DNA of 64,000 bases from a virus: positions 26,792-90,791 of IMG/VR virus record IMGVR_UViG_3300041405_000166, one strand, 5' to 3'. The notes beneath the pieces were generated by a model. That model did no database searches and had not been told where the DNA came from. It worked only from the letters and a program-made list of their open reading frames with translations. Positions 48,184 to 57,015 of this stretch are shown in pieces (positions within the stretch are counted from its first letter, which is position 1; every line of letters begins with the position of its first letter). Made by a program: the position numbers and the translations under genes.

Positions 48184-48396
48184 ATGGCCCTATATTCACT
48201 GCTGGACATGGCCGGTTGCGGTGAGGTGGCGTTGTATTACGCCGCCGTCGCTGTCGCGGGTCAACCTCTTGACCTGTCGAAGACCTACGACATTCACGGC
48301 AACTATGCCGGGCACTCGCATTGCACATCGTGCGGCCGAGCGCTTTCCCCGCCTGACCTTCGCGTCGATTGGTTTTTCCCTGAGGTCGTCCACTGA
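48184..48396 (+). CDS. small Zn-ribbon protein coupled to terL
   Basis: CTSC; TGATG overlap with the terminase start. Confidence 0.55.
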   Translation: MALYSLLDMAGCGEVALYYAAVAVAGQPLDLSKTYDIHGNYAGHSHCTSCGRALSPPDLRVDWFFPEVVH

Positions 48397-50453
48397 TGGG
48401 GATGCCGGTTGACTACCGCCGTGGCCTGGATGCCATGATCGCCAAGCTGGAGCAGAAGACGGGCTTCAAGCTGGAAAACAAGATCATCGCCGACGGGCAG
48501 ACGTTCCGCGAATGGTGTGAAGAGCTGGGGCGCAATGGGCTGAAGGTGGACGGGCATCCGTTCACCCTGCACGACCGGCCGGCGATGGCCTGGATCTACG
48601 ACCAGATCCCCAGCACCCAGGACGAAGCGTTCCGGACCATCCTGGTGATCATGAAGTGCGCCCAGGTTGGGTTCACGGTGATGGAGATGCTCGCCACCAT
48701 CTACCTCGGTCTCAAGTTCGGTCCGTGCACCGTCGGCATGTTCCTCCCGGATATGAACCTGGCCGGGTTGAAGTCCTCCGAGCGCTTCATGCCGATCGTG
48801 CGCACCGTGCCGGAAGTGCATAAGCTGATGGTGATGGACGCGGGCGACGGCAGCGGGCATAAGGTCGGTGAAGGCAACGTGCGAACGCGACGCATCGGCG
48901 ACGCCATGTTCGTGTTCAGCTGGACGTCCGGTCGCGCCACCACCGAATCCATCCCCATGGATATCCTGTCCTTCGACGAAGTGCAGGAAATGACCCTCGA
49001 GCAGATCGAAAAGACTTACGAGCGTCTGTCGGCCAGTCCGATCAAGTTCATGCAGATGGGCAGCACGGCCAACTGGCCGGACGCCGATATCCATCACTGG
49101 TACAAGCTCGGCACGCAGCACCGCTTCCATACCCGGTGCCCTGAGTGCGGCTCGATGAAGCCCCTGGACGACTATTTCCCCCAGTGCATCCAATACGACA
49201 AAGAGCGCGATATTTACCGCTACGTCTGTCCGAACGGGCATTACCTGAGCGAAACCCAGGACGGCGAATGGATCCCCGACAACCCGGACGCTGACCGCGG
49301 GGTTGAATACGGCGTGCCCTGGAAGGAACGCCGCAAGCGCATCAGGTCGCTGCACTTTCCTCAGTTCCTGTCGCCGACGATATCGGCCGATGAAATCATC
49401 AGCGCCTACAACGGCGCGACGGACATGAAGAACTTCTACAACCGGAAGCTGGGCAAGCCGTATCTCGATCCGAGTCAGATCCCGGTCACCCTCGAGCACA
49501 TGGCCAACTGCGTCGCCGCCGGTACCGCTGCGGGCATCATGTGGAAAACCCGCGCCAGCGGCTGTTACATGGGCATCGACCAGATGGGCCAGTTCAACGT
49601 GGTGGTGATCAAGGAGCGATTGCCCGATGGTCGCCAGGCCTACGTGCACATCGAGGAGATCTACGACGAAGACCCGTTCGCCCGCTGCGACGAGCTGATG
49701 CGCAACTATGGCGTGGCCGTCTGCGTGGTGGAAATCAACCCGAACTACAACGACGCCAAACGCTTTGCCGGCCGCTTCCCGGGTCGCGTGTTCATCTGCA
49801 ACAGCTTCGGCTCGGTGCAAGAAGGCATGATTCAGTGGGGCGACGCGCCCAAGCTGGACACGTCCGATCGTCGCACCGACGAAGAGGAACGCGACCGCTT
49901 CACCCTGCGCATGGACCAGTACAAGTGCATGCAGGTGTCGATGGCCAGGTTCACCGCGGACGAGCCGCATTGCCTGGTACCAGATCCGCAAGCGCTGGTG
50001 CAGGAAGTGCTGGAAAAGGGCAAACGCCACCTGGTGCCCGTCGCGCCGCGGATGTTCCACCACTTCACCAAAACCGCCCTGGTCGCCGAGCGCGACGACG
50101 AAACCAACGCCTACAAGCGCTCGGTGAAGAAGGTAGGCATTGACCCACACTTCAGCTACGCCAACATGCTGTGCGACGTGGCCTGGGCTCGCTCCCATGG
50201 CACCACCAGCTTCATCCTGCCGCAAGAGAAGAAGGCCACGCCAGGCCAGGAGTCGGTTATGGAAGCAATGCCAGGTTTGCCGGAGCACATTGTCGCGATG
50301 GTCGATCCGTTGCCACAAGGCGTGTGCGGTCGGTGCTCGGCATTCGATCCGGACGCGGGGCGCTGCACCATGCGCAACTTCCTGGTCCAGAAGAAGGATC
50401 CCGGTTGCGATATGTTCATGGTCAGGGAATACGACGAAGATCTGTCGGAGTGA
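48396..50453 (+). CDS. terL: terminase large subunit (gpA-like)
   Basis: IMKCAQVGFT Walker A variant, SFDEV Walker B, STAN, Zn ribbon, FYN.KLG.PY, MGIDQ nuclease, DPHF. Confidence 0.9.
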   Translation: MGMPVDYRRGLDAMIAKLEQKTGFKLENKIIADGQTFREWCEELGRNGLKVDGHPFTLHDRPAMAWIYDQIPSTQDEAFRTILVIMKCAQVGFTVMEMLATIYLGLKFGPCTVGMFLPDMNLAGLKSSERFMPIVRTVPEVHKLMVMDAGDGSGHKVGEGNVRTRRIGDAMFVFSWTSGRATTESIPMDILSFDEVQEMTLEQIEKTYERLSASPIKFMQMGSTANWPDADIHHWYKLGTQHRFHTRCPECGSMKPLDDYFPQCIQYDKERDIYRYVCPNGHYLSETQDGEWIPDNPDADRGVEYGVPWKERRKRIRSLHFPQFLSPTISADEIISAYNGATDMKNFYNRKLGKPYLDPSQIPVTLEHMANCVAAGTAAGIMWKTRASGCYMGIDQMGQFNVVVIKERLPDGRQAYVHIEEIYDEDPFARCDELMRNYGVAVCVVEINPNYNDAKRFAGRFPGRVFICNSFGSVQEGMIQWGDAPKLDTSDRRTDEEERDRFTLRMDQYKCMQVSMARFTADEPHCLVPDPQALVQEVLEKGKRHLVPVAPRMFHHFTKTALVAERDDETNAYKRSVKKVGIDPHFSYANMLCDVAWARSHGTTSFILPQEKKATPGQESVMEAMPGLPEHIVAMVDPLPQGVCGRCSAFDPDAGRCTMRNFLVQKKDPGCDMFMVREYDEDLSE

Positions 50454-50490
50454 GACGGGCGCCGTTGGCCGACGCCCAGTGACGCGGGGT

Positions 50491-50856
50491 TTACAGTTCG
50501 GGGAACTCGACGGTGACGGGCTCGACCTTGACCGACGTGAACTTCCCGCGGACTTCGGCAGCAATGACCTTTCCAGCACTGTCGGCCCGCTGGATGTTGC
50601 GCCAGATTTCCACCGGTACATCGCTGTAAAGGTAGACGCCGCCATTGGCGAACTCGACCTGCAGCTTCTTGTCCGGGAAGTTGTAGGTCACACAGAACAC
50701 GTTGGTGCTGTCGGGGAATTTCTTCGACTGCTTGCCGTCGACGGGAATGCCCATCTCCGGCACTTCAATCGGGTCCATCAGGTTGCCAATCACGCTCGAC
50801 AGGTCGCCGACTTCGGATGGTTTGATGCTCTGCGGGTCTTTAGGATCGTAGTTCAT
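50491..50856 (-). CDS. KTSC-domain protein
   Basis: Y.....LQVEF.NG.VY.Y.DVP...W......S.GK. Confidence 0.85.
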   Translation of the reverse strand: MNYDPKDPQSIKPSEVGDLSSVIGNLMDPIEVPEMGIPVDGKQSKKFPDSTNVFCVTYNFPDKKLQVEFANGGVYLYSDVPVEIWRNIQRADSAGKVIAAEVRGKFTSVKVEPVTVEFPEL

Positions 50857-51317
50857 TGGATCTCCTTTGCCAGGCTGGGCCCGGCGGGTTGGGTGATGTC
50901 GGTGACAGGGATGCGCGGGTATTCCGTGCACAGCGGGTGATATTCAGGGACCACGTTACGCTCGGCGAAGATCTTCGCCAAGTCGTCATACTTGGACCCG
51001 TACAACGGGAAATCGCTGCACACGCGCGGCCGGCTGTCATAGACCGAACAGCCGGCGTCGGTGACCTTAGTGCACTGCCAGTATTGGGAACGCCACTTCT
51101 GGCCTGTCTTGCTCCGGTCGTAGTTGAGCACCTGGTGCGGGTTCTTCTTCTTGGCAATGCGCCGTTTCATCGGCTTCCAGTTCGCCAGGACAAAACCCAT
51201 ATCGCCACCGACAATGCGGCTACCAGATTTGGCTGCCAGGTTGCGGCGCGAATACCGCAAGGTGATCGCCCTGCAGCACGCCGTGCACTGCTTTCCATCG
51301 ATCTGGCAGGCGCTCAA
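50853..51317 (-). CDS. YkgJ-family Cys-cluster (Zn/Fe-chelating) protein
   Basis: CTACC...C......CSVY.SRP.VC.DFP. Confidence 0.8.
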   Translation of the reverse strand: MSACQIDGKQCTACCRAITLRYSRRNLAAKSGSRIVGGDMGFVLANWKPMKRRIAKKKNPHQVLNYDRSKTGQKWRSQYWQCTKVTDAGCSVYDSRPRVCSDFPLYGSKYDDLAKIFAERNVVPEYHPLCTEYPRIPVTDITQPAGPSLAKEIQ

Positions 51318-51634
51318 AATGGCTTGTCCGCGTAGGTGCCCGCGACAATCTTGGCGATCGCCTCGCGCTCTGCCGTGATTCGATTGAGGTAGATGTCCAG
51401 CTTGCCCACGGCAACATCCAGCGCGGTGATCGGCCCAGTGCTGTAGGCGCTGAACGTCGGACCTACCTGGATGAATGCCTGGTAGTCGCTGGAGTTTTCG
51501 TTGAAGGTCACAGTGACCGGACCATTCTTCACCTGGCACCGCCAACCGTGCGTATCCTTCAGGTCCATCACCCAACCAGCGCCAAGCGTGCGGATCATCG
51601 CGCTGGCCTGGTTTTCGGCTTCTTCGAATTTCAT
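51314..51634 (-). CDS. hypothetical protein
   Basis: Coupled ORF, GGAG RBS. Confidence 0.55.
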   Translation of the reverse strand: MKFEEAENQASAMIRTLGAGWVMDLKDTHGWRCQVKNGPVTVTFNENSSDYQAFIQVGPTFSAYSTGPITALDVAVGKLDIYLNRITAEREAIAKIVAGTYADKPF

Positions 51635-51906
51635 GCCTTCACTCCAATAAACAGCGGCTCGGTGTGCCACTCGGTGATGCTCCGGCGCACGCGCAGGGAC
51701 GGCAGCGCGCCAGAGCGGAAATCCTTGGCCTCGCCCGGGCGGACGAAGCCGAAGATGCTGACGTCCGCCGGGGCTGCGGCCAACGCACGAGCCAGGCGGT
51801 CAAGCAGCGATTGCAACTCAGGGATCCGGACCATGGTCGCCTTCAACCCCTCTTTCTGCGCCATCGCTAGTTCCGCCTGCAGGTAGGTGATGTCCGCGGG
51901 CGTCAT
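51631..51906 (-). CDS. hypothetical protein, paralogue of 61202-61801
   Basis: DITYLQAEL...ELQSLLDRL...FGF. Confidence 0.6.
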   Translation of the reverse strand: MTPADITYLQAELAMAQKEGLKATMVRIPELQSLLDRLARALAAAPADVSIFGFVRPGEAKDFRSGALPSLRVRRSITEWHTEPLFIGVKA

Positions 51907-53331
51907 GTTTTCACCTGTCTGGCTTTGATGGCTTCAGCGCGACTGATGATATCTGCCAGGGCTTTGGGAAACTGCATGCCGGTGCTGATGCAGGTGAATT
52001 TGGTTACACGATCGCCGAGGGCGGCCAGGGCTTCAGCCGGGTTTGCCAAGTTGAACGAATCGCCGCGGCGCCAAATAACACGACTCCAGCTTTCTGTCGC
52101 TTTGTCGTACTGACGCGCTTCAAGATACCAATCAGGGCCAAAACGATATTGGAACTCATAGACGGTGTGTTCAAGGTCGCATTCGATTTTGTCGCGCTCG
52201 AACCAGTCGAGCACGTAGCGGTGGCGTTCGACGATGGCAATTTTTTGTTCTGTCTTCGCGCTCACACGTCACCTACCTTGATCGCCGTCTCGGCGATATG
52301 GCGCAAGGTGGATTTCAGGCGATCGCGCTCGGCCGTCATCGCCGCAAACTCATCCAGGAAGTCTTTCAGGATGGCCGCTGCGCGCTGGTTGGCAATGCCG
52401 CCGATTTCTGCCCAGCGCTGTTGAGGTAAGAACGTATTATGGGGCTCGTTCTGATGTTCTTGGCGAATCTCGATGCGATCCTGATACAGCGCCTGAGCCA
52501 GGTGGCGCACGTCTTCGATCACGCTGGGTGCTACGGGCTTCTGGTTCATGGCATTTTTCTCCGTGCGGCGCTCATGATGCCACCGCCACAACGAACGGGA
52601 AGTTTGCGCAGGTGGCCCAAACTAGCAGGCCCGCGATGACGGCGAAGAACAAAGATTCAACGCCGGCCTTGCCGCTCCAGCCAATGCTGCCGAAGAACAC
52701 TACGCCCGTTGCGACGCACGCAGCGATGGTAATGATCAGGAGAACAAACCAGCCGAAGATGATCATGACTTCACCGTCCCGCCGACTGCCTCGATGGCGG
52801 CCTTGCAAGCCTCTACACCGATGTCGAAGTAATAACCATCGCCGCTCATGTCGCCTTCCTTCGGCAACTCCACCACCATCCGCTCACGCGACAAGCCCCA
52901 CGCCCACCAGGCGATCGCCACCTGAGGGTCATCGTAGCTGTCGCCGCACCGCGTCAGGCACTCGACGCGGATCTCGACCTCGAGGAAGCCCGACTCCTTG
53001 AAGCGCTCGATGATCGCCGCTTCGAAGCCTGGGCGCAGTTGTTCGCGCTGTTCTGGTGTCATGATGGATCTCCCAGGCCGGCAGGAATGGTTTTCAGGAT
53101 TTCGCGAACGATGCTCTCTGCCTGGTTGTGGTCGATTAGCGCGAACGCCTTCTCAGCTTTGTCCCACTCGGTGCCGTCGGCGTTCTTATTGAACGTGAAG
53201 GCAGTCGAACAAACGCCAAGGCCTTCAGGCTTGAAGTACAGGCGGACTTCAGGACCATCGTCCTCATCGTCCAGCTTGACCAGCACCTGACCAAGGTCGT
53301 CGAAGGTGAATAGCTTGGCAAAATCGCTCAT
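51903..53331 (-). other. run of five small hypothetical genes (51903-52265, 52262-52549, 52572-52766 membrane, 52763-53062, 53059-53331)
   Basis: Coupled ORFs with RBSs. Confidence 0.55.
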
Positions 53332-53717
53332 GACCGTTTCCCCATGCGAATATCGCCAGACATCGACTTCACGTTGCCGGCCACGTCGCCACACGTCACA
53401 TCGCCCGACATCGTGGTCACGCCACCGGTGACGGCGCCGCAATCGACGTCGCCGCTCATGGTCTTGACGTCGCCGACGGTGCCATTCACCTCGACCTTGC
53501 CGACGGTGCAGTCCAGGCGATCGACGTCGCCCGTGATGCTGATGCTGATCGGCCCGACCAGCTTGCCGTCCTGCAGGACACCATCGACGAATACCTGGTC
53601 GCCGTTGATGGTGACCGACGTCCCGGAGAACGATCGGCCGTCGATGGTGATCGACGAGCCGGCCTTGAGTAGAGCGCGGAATATGTCTTTCAAAAGTAAC
53701 TCCCCTTCGGTTCCCAC
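53328..53717 (-). CDS. beta-solenoid repeat protein (DUF4097-like)
   Basis: Repeated G.V.TMSGDV.CG.V. Confidence 0.7.
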   Translation of the reverse strand: MGTEGELLLKDIFRALLKAGSSITIDGRSFSGTSVTINGDQVFVDGVLQDGKLVGPISISITGDVDRLDCTVGKVEVNGTVGDVKTMSGDVDCGAVTGGVTTMSGDVTCGDVAGNVKSMSGDIRMGKRS

Positions 53718-54781
53718 TTATCAGCCTTCTTGATCAGAGCGCGGAACGAATCGCGACCAGATCGACTCAGGTGCTTGCGGTTGGTCTTGTACCAGTCCTC
53801 AAGAATGTCGGCCGGCGTCTGCGCCTTGACTGGTGCGTTGCGCGCCCGGTAGCTGCTCGAACTGGACAATGCCCCGTGATAACCGGAACTCATGTAGACC
53901 CCACGGTGTGCGTGGCCTTGAGTCTTGAGTGTATCAGCTTCTGTCTGTGACTTTACAGCTATACCATCAGGATATTTGGCGGTGAAACGTGAAAATAACA
54001 GTTCGGCCAGGGGTTCTGGCGTGTCGTAGTTGGCGTATTCCAGATCCGGTGCGCCGTCCTCGATCAGCTTGGCGACGAGATCCTGGTCCTCGATGGTGAA
54101 CCAGGCGTCTTTCACGCGGAACTTGAGGGTCACGTCACTGACGGTCTGGCGATCGCGCTCGAGCTGCATGTGCTCGGGTAGGAAGTCGTAGCCGTAGTTC
54201 ATGTTGGTTTTGCACACGAACAACCCGCCGACATACAGCTTGCCCGGGCGACTCGGCAGAATGCTGCACGTCTCAGTGCCGATCACGTCCTTCATGGGCG
54301 GCTGCATGCGCAGGCAGGAATCACGGATAGCCTCTTGCTCATCCTCGGCCAGGTTGTTGACCATGAAACAGATGCCGGTGTCGGGAAACGGATTCTCCGA
54401 TTCGACGATGGTCAGCAGCTCGGTGTCGAACTGCTCGCTGTGCTCGAACACTGGCGTCCACAACTTATCGCCGTTGTAGATGCTTGGCTGTTTGCCTTCG
54501 CGCTCAAGCACCAGCAGCGCCAGTTTGTAGCCTTCGCCGAAGCAACCAATCTTGCTGGCCTGGTCGGCTTTGCTGGATGAGCCGAGGATCAGCGTGCGCG
54601 CGTCGAGGGTGTCGTAGCGGCTGGTGATGCTAAACTGATCACCCTCGAACGAGTACTCGAACGGCGAATCGCTGTCCAAGGCGTTCTGGATGAATTCGCG
54701 CACCGCTTCGAGCACGCCCCAGTTGCTGACGTAGTTGCGGGACATCGACAGCTGATAGCGGGTATCTGGCATCAGGTCCAT
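53690..54781 (-). CDS. GHKL-type ATPase domain protein
   Basis: AVREFIQNALD, LG.SSK, IG.FGEGYKLA. Confidence 0.8.
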   Translation of the reverse strand: MDLMPDTRYQLSMSRNYVSNWGVLEAVREFIQNALDSDSPFEYSFEGDQFSITSRYDTLDARTLILGSSSKADQASKIGCFGEGYKLALLVLEREGKQPSIYNGDKLWTPVFEHSEQFDTELLTIVESENPFPDTGICFMVNNLAEDEQEAIRDSCLRMQPPMKDVIGTETCSILPSRPGKLYVGGLFVCKTNMNYGYDFLPEHMQLERDRQTVSDVTLKFRVKDAWFTIEDQDLVAKLIEDGAPDLEYANYDTPEPLAELLFSRFTAKYPDGIAVKSQTEADTLKTQGHAHRGVYMSSGYHGALSSSSSYRARNAPVKAQTPADILEDWYKTNRKHLSRSGRDSFRALIKKADKWEPKGSYF

Positions 54782-55293
54782 TACCGTGACTCCTGTTCGT
54801 CGCGGATGAACACAACGCGCTCGTGGCGATCGGCAACGACCTGAAGCGCTGAAAAGGTGGTTCCGGATTGAATCAGGTAAACGCACGGGATGCTGGCGAG
54901 ATCGGATCTGGGCGCAGAATTAAGAAGCGATTGCAGGCCGGGCATGATGGCCTTGATGAACGTTGTTTTCCCGGCTCCTGTTCCTCCGCGGACTACGACC
55001 TCGAGCGCGTTACGCGGCAGGCCACGGCCAGTCATGAAGTCTTTAACTGCCCATTTGTAATCCTGGTCGCGGCGCTCCTGGGTGCGCTCGCCGAGTTCCA
55101 GTTCCACCAGGGTGATCAAGGCAGTGGCCGAGTCACAGAGGGATGCGCCACCATTCAGCTGGTTGCGCATCATCATGACCATTTCAGCGTTCATGCTGCG
55201 GCCATTAGTCTTGGCGCGGGCAGCGATTTCATCGCGCATCCCATCGGGCATGCGAAGGACGAATTTGTCAGCGGTGCGGGAATCGTAGGACAT
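54781..55293 (-). CDS. Arc/AmrZ-like ribbon-helix-helix protein with a P-loop-like C-terminus
   Basis: Y.SRTADKFVLRMPDGMR..IA..A....RSMNAE; GGTGAGKT. Confidence 0.8.
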   Translation of the reverse strand: MSYDSRTADKFVLRMPDGMRDEIAARAKTNGRSMNAEMVMMMRNQLNGGASLCDSATALITLVELELGERTQERRDQDYKWAVKDFMTGRGLPRNALEVVVRGGTGAGKTTFIKAIMPGLQSLLNSAPRSDLASIPCVYLIQSGTTFSALQVVADRHERVVFIRDEQESR

Positions 55294-55308
55294 GGGTGAT
55301 TACTCGGG

Positions 55309-55818
55309 TTAGGCGTTTTTGACAGAGCCGCAATGCGGGCAGTAGGGCAGATCGATAGAGCGGGCCAGGAGACAGTTGTCGCACTGAACGATTCCGGCTT
55401 TCTTCCGATCACGGTCCGCCTTGGCGGTGTCCTTCAGCATCTTTGCCTGGGCCTTGGCATGCACCTTGTCGATCCGGCGGCGCGCGACTTCAATCTGGTT
55501 GGCGGCGTGGCGCGGCTCGTCAATCTCCCACGGCGGACGGCGGTCGATCGGCAGCTTCTCGCCGGTTTCCACCAGGCGGCGAATCTCGGCGACCAGTTCC
55601 TCGCTGTCGGCTAGGCGTTCGAACTTGCGGCCAAGCGCCGGCGTAGCCTGGGCGGTCAGGTCCTCGGCATGCTCGAACAACGTCCAGCCGATAGAATCGC
55701 GGCCAATGCAGAAGAAGTGACGACCTTCTACCGTGATGGCCCGCTCTCTGCTGCTGAGTCGGGTGAAGACCATTCCGGCCATCTTGACCGGTCGGTATTT
55801 GGATTCGGTGTCGGTCAT
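55309..55818 (-). CDS. hypothetical protein with C-terminal Zn ribbon
   Basis: CDNC...CPHC. Confidence 0.6.
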   Translation of the reverse strand: MTDTESKYRPVKMAGMVFTRLSSRERAITVEGRHFFCIGRDSIGWTLFEHAEDLTAQATPALGRKFERLADSEELVAEIRRLVETGEKLPIDRRPPWEIDEPRHAANQIEVARRRIDKVHAKAQAKMLKDTAKADRDRKKAGIVQCDNCLLARSIDLPYCPHCGSVKNA

Positions 55819-56021
55819 TGACCTGGCTCCTGCAGGGTGGTTGGTATAGCGGCACGGAAGCGCGACGGGCTCCAGTCGCACACTTCATCTTCTGGGATGT
55901 GACCGAACATCATGGTGCAGCGACGGCAGTGCACGCAGTCGGCGCACGTATTTCCTTCGGGCAGGTTCATGCGGTCGGTGTCGTTAGGCGCGCGGCGCAT
56001 CGGTTCTCGTTGGCCGCTCAT
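55815..56021 (-). CDS. Cys-rich small protein
   Basis: LPEG.TC.DC.H..RC...FG.....E.CDWSPSRF. Confidence 0.65.
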   Translation of the reverse strand: MSGQREPMRRAPNDTDRMNLPEGNTCADCVHCRRCTMMFGHIPEDEVCDWSPSRFRAAIPTTLQEPGQ

Positions 56022-56866
56022 TCAGCACCGCCCAGGATTTCCAGTTTCATTGCTTCGGCCATTTCCAGCACGGTCGCATTCGGCACGGTGACAGCGCGAA
56101 CCTCAAGATCATGCGGCGTTGTTGATTCGCCGTGCGCGATCGCCGTTGCGCAGCGGTATGGGTTGTGGATGCCCAGACAGATTTTCGGCTCCAGCTTGAT
56201 CGGCAAGGATGGCAAAAGGAAGGTGTCTACCAGCTTGACCAGCAGGCGCTGAGACAGGCCAAGCTTGGTTTTTCCGTACTTGTCCCAGACTTCGCCAAGG
56301 TCGATGTCATAACCATTGTCCTCGAGCAGATCGTCGAGCAGGTCGCCATCGTTGAATCCGAACTTGCTGAACAGGCAGTCGGCGGCCAGACGCACGTCCT
56401 GAGGAGGCGGCACGAGATACCCCTGTTTGATCAGGTCGGCCATGCTCGGGCCTTGGATCTTGGCGTCGAAGTCAGGACCGGCGCCGGTTGGCATGGTGCG
56501 CGTGATGCGACCTACTTGCTGTAAGTGCAGCGCCAGCGATGGTCCGCCAGGTGGCGGCAGGGTGTAAACGACGCCAGGATCGTCAATGCCTGCTGCGAAT
56601 ACATGGCGGCGGATCGTTTGTGGTTGTGGCCCGCGGGACTCGAGCGACCAATCGCGTTCGATCTGGCTGTGGATCCTGGTACCGTATGCAGCGGCATCAT
56701 CACCATGCTCAATGATGAGCGACGAACCATTTTCCAGTGCGATCCTTTTCATGATCACTGTTTTTCCGCCTTCGGTGTCTACGCCGAAGGTAAACGGTAG
56801 CGCGCCCTTCTTGTGGCCCTTGATCGCCTTCTTCAGCATCTTGCGTTGCATGTTCCGGAGTTTCAT
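56018..56866 (-). CDS. hypothetical protein
   Basis: First gene of the - strand block, AGGA RBS. Confidence 0.6.
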   Translation of the reverse strand: MKLRNMQRKMLKKAIKGHKKGALPFTFGVDTEGGKTVIMKRIALENGSSLIIEHGDDAAAYGTRIHSQIERDWSLESRGPQPQTIRRHVFAAGIDDPGVVYTLPPPGGPSLALHLQQVGRITRTMPTGAGPDFDAKIQGPSMADLIKQGYLVPPPQDVRLAADCLFSKFGFNDGDLLDDLLEDNGYDIDLGEVWDKYGKTKLGLSQRLLVKLVDTFLLPSLPIKLEPKICLGIHNPYRCATAIAHGESTTPHDLEVRAVTVPNATVLEMAEAMKLEILGGAE

Positions 56867-56897
56867 GGCTGTGTCCTGTTTGGTGACTCGATAACTG

Positions 56898-56926
56898 AAC
56901 ATTACACGTCCTGATGCAATGGCGCA
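56898..56926 (-). promoter_or_regulatory. sigma70-type promoter of the leftward accessory block
   Basis: TTGCGC-17 nt-TAATGT. Confidence 0.5.
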
Positions 56927-56974
56927 AGCATGGCGTTGCGCCTTTCATTCGCCACCATCATAGGGCCCGACCTG

Positions 56975-56995
56975 TCGTGACGCTAACGTCGCGTC
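56975..56995 (+). promoter_or_regulatory. putative late promoter of the portal operon
   Basis: TCGTGAC-GC-TAACGT. Confidence 0.7.
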
Positions 56996-57015
56996 AAACT
57001 TCCCAGGTCACGACT

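Noticed and set aside
48303-50645. 780-aa - strand ORF
   Set aside because: Antisense shadow of terL, caused by high-GC codon bias; no motifs
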